A DNA stretch of 64,000 bases. Origin: Ascidiella aspersa. Lineage: Eukaryota. Below the pieces are notes generated by a model. It made no database searches and was not told the origin of the DNA. It saw nothing but the letters and a program-made list of their open reading frames with translations. The position numbers and the translations under genes are program-made. Position 1 is the first letter of the stretch. Each line of letters opens with the position of its first letter. The stretch is taken from contig OZ004613.1 of assembly GCA_963924565.1 (NCBI GenBank), positions 6,634,001 through 6,698,000 of the forward strand, given 5' to 3'. Positions 51,937 through 64,000 of the stretch are shown in pieces.

Positions 51937-53339
51937 CCGACAACAAACAGTTGTTTATGACAGAACCGGTATATAAGCTGTTTCTTGGCCGATAGGTAAA
52001 CTTTTAAGCACGTATATACAGTAACGTGATATACATTATGTTGTCAGGTTTGTAGATTTATCCCAACCAACCCTCAAACAATATATCAATCGTTGTTCAT
52101 AGTAAAAACTAAATATTGCACGCGTAGCACGAAATTTTACGTTATATGCCAGCGCTGGTGACAATTGAACAGCACGATTCTCCTTTTCAAACGAGGCCAT
52201 TGATCACTTTTTCGGCATATATTGACTGAAACCATCGAACCACGTCAAAGGCCCAAACGCAAGGATAGCAGTAACTGCTTAGTTAGGCTACCGGTCCAGA
52301 TTCTATTTAAAGACAAGTGCGCCGCTAAAGAGTGTTGGAAGAAAGAGTACTGAGCTTTATAAGGAAGTATAATATTGCAATACTGATAAGTAGCATGGTG
52401 TGGGTTGCTACTTTGTCTCGATTCCTAGTGAAATATAATATATGGGCGTTGGGCAGGCTTCTAGCAAATTCTACTTATTTAAAATGGAGACACATGCTGC
52501 CGTGAGACCCAAGTTATTTTTCCTAAGTTTCAAAATATCGTCACGTTATACACACAACCGTTTGCTGTTGCAATCACGATACTTTTAAAATAACCGAAAC
52601 TAAAAATATAACTAAATCAAACAATCTGGCACAGCAAGTGTGTTTGAGTTTCAAAATAGTTAGTCATTGTCTGTTATCCCAATGGCAGTTGGTGGTTGAA
52701 TTTGAGGTTTTAGGTGTTCTCCATTGCCGTTAGATTACTCTTAGATGTAAAGTTGATGACGAGAGCTCTAATTGCGAACCGTTACTCGTTATTAAATTGA
52801 TACAGAAGCCATAATATACAAGTTGCGGCGCAGCAGCTGACATTGTAAGAGCGGTGCGAAACTGAACAAAAATGCAGGGTGTTTGGAAACAAGGCACATT
52901 TGCCAAAAAATATATGAAAGCTGGCGAATTACTGAGCAACAACGTATAAAAGTGCAACGATTCTAAGGTTTCTTATTATACATTATTCTTCTGTGTAACT
53001 GTAAAACATCAGCTTGAACAAACCTTACGCAAAAATATTGGTAAATGTCTCCAAAGACTGCAAAGAACTATTGTAATGTGACTGCGAATTTGGCGGTGCG
53101 GCACCTTTTCAGCTTGGCCTGGGAGAAAGGGAGAAAACAAAGAGATAGAGCAGCTAGTTTGCGTTGGTCAGACGCACCTTACTTAAGTTTCTGACATTGT
53201 TAGAAAGAAATGCATTCTCCGTGACCGAAGGGTGATTTCAGCATTTTAGTACATGAATTGGGTTTGTCATATGAACAGTGACTCAGTGGATTTGGCTGCC
53301 AGGGTTTTTCTAATACGCTGTTTGTTTTTAAGTTTCAGA

Positions 53340-54113
53340 ATGGCGCAAGTTGGAAGGTTAAACGGTAAAGTAGCTATTGTTACTGGAGCCGCAGGGGGCA
53401 TCGGGGAAGCTACTTGCGAACGTTTTCTTGCCGAAGGTGCCAAAGTCATGATGGGGGGACGGAATTTAGAAAATCTACAATCCGTCTACGAAAAGCTTAG
53501 TGCGAAATATAAAGAAAACGTTGCGATGATTCAATGCGATGTAACTGAAGAAAATGCCGCTTCAGATGCTTTTACCGCCGTAGGCAACCAATTTGGACAG
53601 AACTGCAATGTTTTGGTCAACAATGCCGGTGTCTTTCCTATGTCTCCGATCGTCGAAACAACCACGTCTAGTTTTAAACAAGGTTTGGACACAAACCTGG
53701 TTGGCGTCTTCACTTTCACAAGAGAGTTTATTCGGCGACTTGGCCTTGAAGGCAACAAAGATGCCACAGGAGCAAGTATCGTTAACGTTTCTAGCATAGC
53801 AGGAAAGGTGGGATTTCGAAATTGCTCTGCTTATGCTGCTTCTAAAGCTGGTATAAATGCTTTCACAAAGACGACGTGCATTGAGGTGGGAAGGTTCGGC
53901 GTCAGGTGCAATGCGGTGATGCCGGGGATTATTGATACTCCGATGGCAAATGCTCTCGGCACTGCAGCTATTGATGCTGTTACGCAAATGATTCCAATGA
54001 AACGCATTGGCAAGCCTGTCGAAGTTGCTAATGCTTGTTTGTTCCTGGCAAGCGATGAAAGCTCTTACGTCAATGGTGCTGTACTTCAAGTATCCGGTGG
54101 TTTCTTGGCTTGA
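53340..54113 (+). CDS. HSD17B8-like SDR, intact, 257 aa, NADP-type signature (MMGGRN)
   Basis: TGAAGGIG, NNAG, NVSS, YAASK. Confidence 0.9.
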   Translation: MAQVGRLNGKVAIVTGAAGGIGEATCERFLAEGAKVMMGGRNLENLQSVYEKLSAKYKENVAMIQCDVTEENAASDAFTAVGNQFGQNCNVLVNNAGVFPMSPIVETTTSSFKQGLDTNLVGVFTFTREFIRRLGLEGNKDATGASIVNVSSIAGKVGFRNCSAYAASKAGINAFTKTTCIEVGRFGVRCNAVMPGIIDTPMANALGTAAIDAVTQMIPMKRIGKPVEVANACLFLASDESSYVNGAVLQVSGGFLA

Positions 54114-55389
54114 ATATCCTATTCTGCAATTTACAAGCTGCGTGGTTCTTTTTGAAATTGCATTTTAATATTACTAACAGCTGTATTGTATAATGATATG
54201 GTGTGTATAATTGCATATACAAATGTACTACTCTTTTTCAAAGCAATGAAATCAACGCTATTACTCCGTGTAGTAATGACTTTACTTGACTCGAGTGCAC
54301 TTGTGTAGTTACTGTTTTCAAATGATTGATTTGGTTTATGTCTTGGTTAGGAAAATGACTTGACATGGACTTAAGGCATAAGTTCTTTCATTTAACATTT
54401 TATTGTAAAACTAAGCTATTTTATCATAACTTTTTGCAGGCAAACTGATTAGATTGCAACATGTTTTGTTTTATTTTTTACTTTAATTATTGCTCATAAT
54501 CGGAGTTTGTCAATTTTAATGGTTCTTTTAAATTTTATACTATCGGTTTGACATGTAAATGTCTTTCTCTAATACTCTTTTGACTAGGACGTGGGGTACT
54601 GATGATTTGTACTGGGACTTGACTTTTTTTTTTAAACTTTTTCTAATAAAAATGAAATTGTGTGAAACTTATGGTAACACACGACTAAACGTAAAATCTG
54701 TCCACACAAGACGATTACGAAGTACTAGTGCAGGGCTAAAACTGTTGCGAAAGAGTCTATGGTACGGTAGTAACGGTCCGGCATATTAAACTTAATTTGT
54801 TAACGGTAGTTCGAAGTTTATTGAATAACATCAAGACGGCAATCAACTTACAGGAATAGCTTAAGGTCCATGCACACTACTAACGGTCCAGCATAATAAC
54901 TTCTGTCCGTTATATTATTTTAGTTGAATGAGTTGAGCCATTTGTTCATCTGCGTTCAGTTCAGTTACGTTCAGTTGATTAAGTTAAGGTCCAGCTTTGT
55001 TAATCTCGTTTGGCTTTTGTACACATCGCCTGGCCGTAGAATCGTTTAGCAGAGGCGTGTTAACGGAATGCAAATAACATCCTGGTGTTGCTTTACGAGG
55101 TCGATGATTTATGGTGACAGGTCTGCGTTTACGCCAAGCCATTAAGTTGCTAATAACGCTTAGTTTCGAATAGTAAAAACAATTAATAAGACGACCCCTA
55201 CACCAGCAACACTGCGATATGGTTTTAAATTAAACACATTTGGTCAAAATGATATTATATAGATAGGTGAAATACATTTCTATAAGTAGCACATACTGCC
55301 ATATATATGCAATACAACTGTTAACAGTTATAATATTAAAATGCACTTTCGAAACGAACAGCGTAGCTTTTGATTCGCAGAAAATATAA

Positions 55390-56146
55390 TCAGGCCATCA
55401 AACAACCGGATATTTGTAATATGGCCCCATCGATGTAAGAGCTTTCATCGCTTGCCAGAAACAAACAAGCATTAGCAATTTCGATCGGCTTTCCAATGCG
55501 TTTTATTGGATCCATTTGCTTTACGGCCTCAATAGCTGCACTGCCAAAAGCATGTAGCATTGGAGTATTAATAACCCCCGGCATAACTGCATTGCACCTG
55601 ACACCGAACCTTACCAATTTCATGTAGGTCGTCTTTATGAAAGCATTTATGCCACTTTTAGAAGCAGATTAGGCCGAGTAATTTTGAACTCCCACTTTTC
55701 CCGCGATGCTAGAAATGTTAACGATACTTGCTCCTGTTGCATCCTTGTTCCCGAATAAACTCTCTTGTAAAAGTAAAGAAGGAAACCAGGTTAGAGTCCA
55801 AAGTCTGTTTAAAACTAGACGTGGTTGTTTCGACGATCGGAGACATAGGAAAGACACCGGCATTGTTGACCAAAACATTACAATTCTGGCGGAATTGGTT
55901 GCCTATGGCGGTACAAGGATCAGAAGCGGCATTTTCTTCAGTTACATCGCTTTGAATCATTGCCACTGCGTTTTTATATTTGGCAGTAAGCCTTTCGTAG
56001 GCAGCTGCTAAATTATCTTGATTTCGACCCACCATCATGACTTTGGCACCTTCGGCCAGAAAGCGTTCGCAAGTAGCTTCCCCAATGCCCCCTGCGGCTC
56101 CAGTGACAATAGCCACTTTATCGTTTAACCTACCAATTTGCGCCAT
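55390..56146 (-). pseudogene. Inverted duplicate of the 53340 SDR, pseudogenised
   Basis: Close similarity to 53340-54113; deletion near 55752 shifts the frame, the catalytic Tyr codon is TAA (SA*), further indel near 55620. Confidence 0.88.
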
Positions 56147-57443
56147 TCTGAAACTTAAACAGAAAACGTAATACAACAATCCCTGGCAGCCGAAGCCACT
56201 AAGTTGTAAATATGATCAAGCTCATTGCATGTGCAATATTGAACAAACACCATGCATTTTTGTTCAGTTTTGCACCGCTCTTACAATGTCAGTTGCTGCG
56301 CCGCAACATGTACATTAGAGCTACTGTATCAATTTAACAACGTCGAGTAACAGTTCACAATTAAAGCTCTCGTCGTCAACATTTTATCCAAGAGCAATCT
56401 AACGGCAGATGGAGGACACCTACAACCTCAAATTCAACCACCAACTGCCATTGGGATAACAGACGATTGACGAACTATTTTAAAACTAAAACACGCTCGC
56501 TGTATCAGGTTATTTGGTTCGGTTATTTTTTTAGTTTCGGTTATTTTGAAAGCATCGTAATTGCAACAGAATAGGGTTGTGTGTATAATATGACTAGGTT
56601 TCGAAACTTAGGAAAAATAACTTAAGGTCTCAAGATAGTTTGTGTCTAAGTTTTGATTAAGTAGAATTTGCTAGAAGCCTGCCTATATATTTTATTTAAC
56701 TAGCAAACACTACAAAGTCGCAACGCACACCAGGCTACTTTACAGTATTGCAATATTATACTTTCTTATAAAGCTCAGTACTTTTTCTTCCAACACTATT
56801 TAGCGGCACATTCGTTTTTCAATAGCATTTGGACCGGTGGGCTAACTAGATTATTGCTATTCTTACTTTTGAGTCTTCGACAGAGATGAATCGTCAGTTG
56901 AAACAGTAAAAACTGCAAAAACGTGATCGTGTATAAAAAAAGAATCATGCCGTTCAAATGTCGCCAGCGCTAGCATGCGATGGTGATATATCATTTCGTG
57001 ATACGCCTGTCACATAGTTTTTATTTCGAACAACGGTTAATATATTGTTCGAGGGTTGGTAATAAATCCTCTGCAAAACTAAAAAATGTCAAGCAGGCCT
57101 ACGAAGTTTTCATGGAGCACCAGAATTTAAATAAAAATATCTTTGCGCTTAGGAACAAAAAAAAAAAAAAGTTTGATGAATAAGCCTTACTTTTGTAAAA
57201 AAATGACATATGCTTGGCTTACACAATGAGTAATATTTACACAGCCTTTTAAATTCACAAGTTTATGCTAATATTGCAATCTATGATGAATACATATATA
57301 TAGTCCTTTAGCCAAGCAATAACTGAGTTATACCGTGGTTTTCTTGCTCTTTGGAAAGTCCCTGCAACAAATGAATATTTAGTTTTACTTTAAGCATGGA
57401 TTGTTGTTAGTATATTATTATTTTAGAAATATTATGTATATTA

Positions 57444-57810
57444 TTACTTGTTTAGCCTATAAACCACTTGCGTCATTTTAGGACAAGAACGAAAAGCCTC
57501 TTGACAAACAGCTTAGCACTTGAAAGGACTGAATTGCTCTCAGGGCTGCCACTCTTATTTTGTTTTGCCTCACCACACATTTCCTCTACGTTTCCCCGCA
57601 TGGGCGGGTTAGTCTGTATCTGTGGGCCATATAATGACTATATAAGACGGTAGCAGGCTAACTTACATAAAGCCAATTGGCTATAATGGTAGAAACGAGT
57701 CGTCCTAAATTGATGGCCGAAATGTGACGGACGTTCTAAATTGATGGCCGAATATCAGGTAATCCGTCAATAAGGCGTTAATGCCTATAGTAACTGCGGG
57801 CTATAAACCG
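57444..57810 (-). pseudogene. Orphan SDR 5' region (upstream sequence plus about 10 decayed codons)
   Basis: MTQVVYRLNK* from 57476; 57485-57790 aligns with 4415-4730. Confidence 0.75.
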
Positions 57811-59083
57811 CAGAATGACGAATATCCGCCAGACTATATGGTGTTTTAATAGGAGGGTACTTGATACCAAAAAGCATGCAATGACATTAAAGTTGGTTAT
57901 AGTTAGGCTTGATCCCACCAGTTTGACAAATACCCTTTGTGGTGGCTTATCAATGAATTCTTATAAAATAATTTGTATTGGGGATAAAATCTTACAAAAG
58001 TCATGAGTGAGTTTCACATAATAAATTTTAACTTCTGTAGTTTTCGTAATAACTGGTAAATAATACATTTCTGAACCCAAGAATTTTGTTTTTATGAAAA
58101 CCCCCTACTTTTCCCTTAAACAGTACAATTGCTTTTCCCCTATACACCTATACTTTAGGCGAAAAATTCGTACCGTAGGGGATTTCACTTACAAATGGCA
58201 GTGGCAGTTTTGATTGCTCTTCACCTCGACTTGCCTTAAAATTGCAAAATGTTTATGGAGCACCAGGATTTGAAGTAAAATATCTTAGTGATGGGGAAAC
58301 AAAAGGTTGCCCGCCCCTTGCAAACGACCAATTGGTGGTAATTTTCCGCGATAAAACGAATAACAAGCCAGCGAATAACTGTTTTACAATGAACAACAGG
58401 ACGTTTTGCCTGATCATACAACAACGAACCGTGTTAGACAAGAAACAAACCGGGGTTAGCAAAACAATGGAACATTTGTTGGACCGCAATTATCTCACTA
58501 AAATAAATATAGCTCAAGTGTCGTGAAATCACAAATACCAGTACAACATTATGTAGCCTACTGCTGCAACCCCTATATAGATGTGTATTAAAGGTAAATC
58601 TCTATTCCAAAGCATTTTTCCGCAAGCAGTTAACTAGGTTACACTGATATCAGACAAAATGCGTTGGTAAAATTGGCACGGTTTTGCACAAACTAAGAAG
58701 TTTAGATATATTATGTATATTATGATTTTTATAGCCTATGCATAACATTACGGCTTGCTGCGCTGCCACTGTTGGCAATACTGAAAATTTTAAACCTTCT
58801 GCTTACTTTGCCAAATAAAATATACTGCATAAGTGTTTTGCTGTAAGGAATCTCATTAGTTAGGAATACAGTAATAAAACACGGGAAGTGTGCCCTGTTA
58901 CGTAGAAACCTAGGCCTTATTTCCTGCTTTACACAATAGAAATGCATTTAGTAATGAATTTATTTGCATGCTAAATACTGAAATGAATTTATACATGTTA
59001 ACATTCAAATTACAAGTACATGTGATGAAGTTAGTAATACAACATTATAAAGACGGTCAGCTTTATTCACATTGGAGAGCGCT

Positions 59084-59857
59084 TTAAAGCATAAAACCAC
59101 CAGATATTTCCAAGATAGCTCCATTGACGTAGGAGCTTTCATCACTTGCCAGAAACAAACAGCCATTGGCAACTTCGACTGGTTTTCCGAAGCGACCCAT
59201 TGGAATCATTTGCTCAATCATTGCCACTTTTGCTGGGTCTTCATTACGTAGGAGCTTGGTATCAATTGCACCCAGCATAAGTGCATTGCACCTGACACCG
59301 AACCTTGCCACCTCAGTGCACGTCGTCTTTGTGAAAGCATTCACTCCAGCTTTAGAAGCATTGTAGACTGAGCAATTGGCGAATCCTGTCTTCGCCCCTA
59401 GGCTGGAAATATTTATGATACTTGCTCCTGTAGCATTCTTGTTCTCACTAAGGTTAAGTCGTCGTAAGAACTCCCTCGTGAAAGTGAAGACACCCTTTAG
59501 GTTGACGTCCAAGACATTTTGGAATACGGCCGTTGTCGTTTCGACGACGGGAAACGCTGACAAGATAGCAGCATTATTAACCAGAACATTGCAATTCTGT
59601 CCGAATTGCTTTAAAACAGCAGTAAAAGCCACAGAAGCCGAATTCTCTTCAGCTACATCGCATCGAATCATCGCCACATTTTCTTTGTACTTCGCAACTA
59701 ACTTTTCGTAAACATTTTTGAGATTTTCTTGATTTCGTCCTACCATCATTACTTTGGCACCTTCGGCCAGAAAGCGTTCGCAAATAGCTTCCCCGATGCC
59801 CCCTGCGGCTCCAGTGACAATGGCCACTTTACCTTGTAATCTACCAACTTGCGACAT
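59084..59857 (-). CDS. HSD17B8-like SDR, intact, 257 aa, NADP-type signature (MMVGRN)
   Basis: TGAAGGIG, NNAA, NISS, YNASK. Confidence 0.88.
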   Translation of the reverse strand: MSQVGRLQGKVAIVTGAAGGIGEAICERFLAEGAKVMMVGRNQENLKNVYEKLVAKYKENVAMIRCDVAEENSASVAFTAVLKQFGQNCNVLVNNAAILSAFPVVETTTAVFQNVLDVNLKGVFTFTREFLRRLNLSENKNATGASIINISSLGAKTGFANCSVYNASKAGVNAFTKTTCTEVARFGVRCNALMLGAIDTKLLRNEDPAKVAMIEQMIPMGRFGKPVEVANGCLFLASDESSYVNGAILEISGGFML

Positions 59858-61945
59858 TTTATAGTTGAAACACAAAAACGTATTACAAGAACCCTGGCAG
59901 TTAAATCCACTGAGTTATTGTACATATGACCAAGCCCAATGAGTGAACAAAGCCGCACCAAGCGAGCTAAATAATGCTGAATCATCCTATACGGTTACGG
60001 GAGAATGCATTTGTTTTGAAAAAAGGCCAGAGGCTTTAGTAAAATGTATCCCCGCAGTCGCAAACCAGCCGCTTTATCTTTCTTTCCCCCAACCTGATAT
60101 TTTTCCGAGCTGCTAAATTTGCAGCTACATTATAAGAGCTCTTTGCTGTATTTTGAGACGTTTGCATAGTTTCTTTTTTTTTCCACCTAAATTTTTCTTT
60201 GGATTGATGTTTTACACAGAAAAATAATGTATTATACCAGACTTTAGAATCATTATAATGGATATATTTCACGTATGTTTCGGCGCATTTACCTGTGCTT
60301 TGTTGCCAACCACTCCCACTTAGAGCTATCGTCATAGACTTTATATCTAAGTTTAATCTAATGCCTTGCGTTATTTTTGCAGAAATATTTTTTTAATGTA
60401 AGAGCATTCAATAAGGCAAGTGTCGTTATTGCAATAGCATAGCGTTGTACGTATAAGATGACGAGATTTTGAAAACTAGGAAAAATAAATTATGTCTCAC
60501 GGCAGTTTGTCTAAATTTTGATTCAGTTGAATTTGCCAATTAAACTAATATATTATTTTTAACAAGGAAACAAAACAAATTTATAGTGCTGTACCCACGC
60601 CAGGCTACTTTACAGTATTGAAATATTGTATTTTCTTACGAAGCGCAGTACTCTTTCTTCCAACACTATTCAGCGGCGCATTTTTTTTTTCAGCCTAACG
60701 AAGCAGTTGTAAACGTAGTTACTGCTATCGTGACGTTTGAGCCTATATGACAGGGATAAATGGTTTACGTAAAAACGTGACCGTGCTTAAAACGTGCATC
60801 GAGCCGTTTAAATATCGCCAGCGCGGGTACATCACGCAACATTTCATGCTACCTGAGCCTCATATAGTTTTTATTTCGAGCAACGGTTGATGAATTATTC
60901 GAGGGTTGGTTAACCTCCAAAGCTGACAATATAGTGCACTCTACTTTATATACAAGACTGTCAAACTTTTCGGAAATTCTTTAATGTTTTAGATCTGTTT
61001 TTTCAGTCTTAATATCTGATACGAAAGCAAGAATCTATATTTTACATGTTATTGTCTGCAGGAGATTCCGTTCTTTCGACTGTTTTTCAGCTTCTTTATA
61101 TACGTGCTTAAAAGTTACTTACGGGCCGATAAGAGGTTATATATACCATGGTTGCCCCATGCAACTGTTTGTTTCAGTTCGATGATATTTTTCTCTAGTT
61201 GGGTTTACAAACTGAAACTTTAAAGTATGCATGAATGCTAAAAATGATCTATAATGTCAAATAGCTCTTCTTGGCTTTTTTCAATACATTATATGCACTT
61301 CCAAATTAAAGCTGTTGCCATTTCAAATCAGATAAACAACCGTTTCTGTTTGCCAGGTTTAAATCAATTAAACCTCGACTTTAGGTTAATTCACACCTGA
61401 TTAGTATGGTTGCGGAGTCGGTTAAAAATAATATTCGTACCCCCGAGTCCCGAGTCCGACTCCGCCCACACAAATTAACCCGAGTCCGATTCTGGTCAAA
61501 TTTGCCATTTTGTCCAGTCCCGAGTCCGGCCCTGACTCTAGGCCTGTATTCCGCCAAATTACGTAACTAAAACAAAGTAGATATTCAGCAATCCACTCAT
61601 GTTGGTGTCGTATAATTCATTCACTCACAGTACATGGTTGGAAAATATCCACCATATGCTATTTCGCCTTTACAATTTCCAGTTTGCGGCTATATCAGTT
61701 TTAAAATTTGGTACTGAGCATGCGCATGTCGGACCTGGGGCTCGCAGTTTTATGTGGTCTTACTCGAGTCCCGACTCCGACTCGGGAGCGCTCCAGCTGA
61801 GCACACTGGGTTTGCATTAGTTGTTGGTTTTGTAGGGTCATTAGTGTGCTTTGTGATCTCGACGTTTGTATTACCCTTTTACAAAAATACTCCACTATAA
61901 AAGCAAAACAGCCTCCCCTGATTCATTGAATATTAAAAGGAAGAA

Positions 61946-63989
61946 TCCTATCTTTTTACACTGTAATATTTAGTTGCACAACCGACCACATTTTATATTT
62001 CCTTCCATTCATAGGTCGTCTAAAATACACTGATTGTGTTCTTTTATAAACCTTTAATAACAACTCAGACACGGTCTACTTTTATTTGTTAATTGTATTA
62101 ATACCGAAAAACCCTGTTGTATGTAAATGAGGATGTACGATAGTATATAGTAATGTCCTTTATTATTTAATCGTAATGCTATATTCCAGGTGGTGGCATT
62201 ATCTTTCAAAAAGGGTGAAACCGTTGGTAATTCTATTTTATGCTGATATATTCATTTTAACTAGGTTTTTTGACCGATCTCCCTCAGCCTTTCACTTTAA
62301 AAGATAGCTTTCTCCAAGCTAAAATTTAACATTCTAAAGATTCTTAGCTTACTAACCCTAAGCTACAATTGGACAAAATCACCTAAAACGTTACTCTTGC
62401 AAGTTTAAATTTTGTTGGCTTTGCTTATAAATTCGACCATGGTAAAAACGCCATTTGGTACCGAATCGGACTACCGTGCATTTTTGCCTAACTATTTTGA
62501 GTTTTCCTTATCAAAGTTCACAATCAAACCGCATTAAGGGCATAATTTCATGTTACAATCAAACACTTAGAAGATAAAGCAGCGTAATAATTCTACAAAT
62601 CAATTAGCAGGTTTTGGTATTTACAACACAAAACATAAAATACAACGCAGTCTTAGAAGGACAGCGAAAGTTTTATTTTGCCAAACATCCTTCAAGCCTA
62701 ATAACCGCCAGTTACACAAAGTTCTGCCCCATTGACGTAAGGGCTTTCATCGCTTGCCAGGAACAAACAAGCATTAGCAACTTCGACAGGCCTTCCACAG
62801 CGACCCAATGGAACAATTTTCTTAAAACCATCAATGGTCTTACTGTCAGCCAAGTGAAGCATAGGCGTTTCGATTGCGCCTGGTAAGACAACATTGCACC
62901 TGACACCGAACCTTCCCACCTCAATGCACGTCGCTTTTGTGAAAGCAATTATCCCGGCTTTAGAAGCAGCGTACGACGAACAATTTCCCATTCCCTTGAC
63001 TCCCATAATGCTGGCGACGTTAACTACACTTGCTTCTGACACATCCTTGTTTTCGCCAAGCTCAAGTCGCAAAAGAAACTCCTTTGTAAAATTAAAAACG
63101 CCAATCAGGTTGACGTCCAATACGTGACTGAATGAAGCCAGGGTTGTTTCGACGATCGGAGACATGTGTATAACACCGGCATTGTTTACCAGGACATTGC
63201 AATCCTGTCCAAATTGGTTACTAACAGCAGTAAAAGCCTCAGACGCTGAATTCTCTTTGGCCACGTCGCATTGAATCATCGCCACTTTGCTTCGATATTT
63301 AGCACTAAACTTTTCGTAGGCATATTTAAGAGTTTCTTGGTTGTAATCCACCATCATGACTTTGGCACCTTCGGCCAAAAAGCGTTCGCAAATAGCTTCC
63401 CCGATGCCCCCTGCTGCTCCAGTGACAATGGCCACTTTACCGTTTAACCTACCAACTTGCGCCATTTTGAAACACAAAGGTTATTCACAAAACAAATATT
63501 ATAACACGATGTGCACTGTGCAGTTATATAGAAAACAGAAAGCATTTTTTTCTAAATTGTAAGGAAAATAAACTATACTAAAATACCTTGGCCTGGCTAA
63601 AAGCTTCCTTCAATGCTTTTAGTCCTATCTTTCTGCACTGTGATATTTAGTTGCGCAACCGACCACATTTTATATTTCCTTCCATTCATAGGTCGTCTAA
63701 ATCGCCAATTTTGTTGTTTTATAAACGTTTAATAACAACTCGGACACGGTCTTATTTTATTTGTTAATTGTATTAATACCGAAAACCCTGGTGTATGTAA
63801 AAGAGGATGTCGATAGTATAGAGTAATGTCCTTTAGTATTTAATCTCAAGGCGTATGTTATATGCCAGGTGGTGGTATTATCTTTCGAAAAAAGGATGGT
63901 ACAGCCGCATGCTGGTATTTTCATTTGATTAGGTTTTCTAACCCAACTCGGATTTTTCACTTTAAAAGATAGATTTCTCCAAGCTAAAA
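61946..63989. repeat. Direct repeats of about 375 bp (61946-62324, 63623-63989) flanking the last SDR
   Basis: Shared AACCGACCACATTTTATATTTCCTTCCATTCATAGGTCGTCTAAA and collinear downstream sequence. Confidence 0.88.
62698..63465 (-). CDS. HSD17B8-like SDR, intact, 255 aa, NAD-type (MMVDY)
   Basis: TGAAGGIG, NNAG, NVAS, YAASK, RCNVVLPG. Confidence 0.88.
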   Translation of the reverse strand: MAQVGRLNGKVAIVTGAAGGIGEAICERFLAEGAKVMMVDYNQETLKYAYEKFSAKYRSKVAMIQCDVAKENSASEAFTAVSNQFGQDCNVLVNNAGVIHMSPIVETTLASFSHVLDVNLIGVFNFTKEFLLRLELGENKDVSEASVVNVASIMGVKGMGNCSSYAASKAGIIAFTKATCIEVGRFGVRCNVVLPGAIETPMLHLADSKTIDGFKKIVPLGRCGRPVEVANACLFLASDESPYVNGAELCVTGGY

Positions 63990-64000
63990 AGTTAGTATTC

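Noticed and set aside
35540-63465. Bacterial FabG operon, contamination or recent horizontal transfer
   Set aside because: Embedded among spliced genes and animal transposons; RCN and V(T/S)GG features match HSD17B8; splice acceptors precede the ATGs

Overview
This is AT-rich animal DNA with GT-AG introns and dense MITE content; an invertebrate or tunicate-like origin is my inference only. Three things dominate. (1) A spliced minus-strand NLR gene (ATG 15702, stop 6657; ten coding exons reconstructed by hand, about 971 aa). It has an N/Q/G/V-rich N-terminus carrying a RHIM-like putative amyloid motif in place of a death-fold domain, then a NACHT exon, five LRR exons and a charged tail. (2) A tandem triplication of about 5 kb (15471-31324) of the NLR 5' region. 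Each unit carries its own variant of the 18-codon ATG exon and three Penelope-type minimal hammerhead-ribozyme motifs in different states of decay. (3) A birth-and-death cluster of about 13 HSD17B8-like classical SDR copies with intronless CDS: 5 intact and the rest pseudogenes or remnants. A subclade has swapped the NAD-type Asp for an NADP-type Gly-Arg. Also present are a solo LTR, a 5'-truncated LINE, several hAT-type MITEs with 8-bp TSDs, long hairpins and the first coding exon of a neighbouring gene at the left edge. All gene models come from sequence reading alone and need transcript confirmation.
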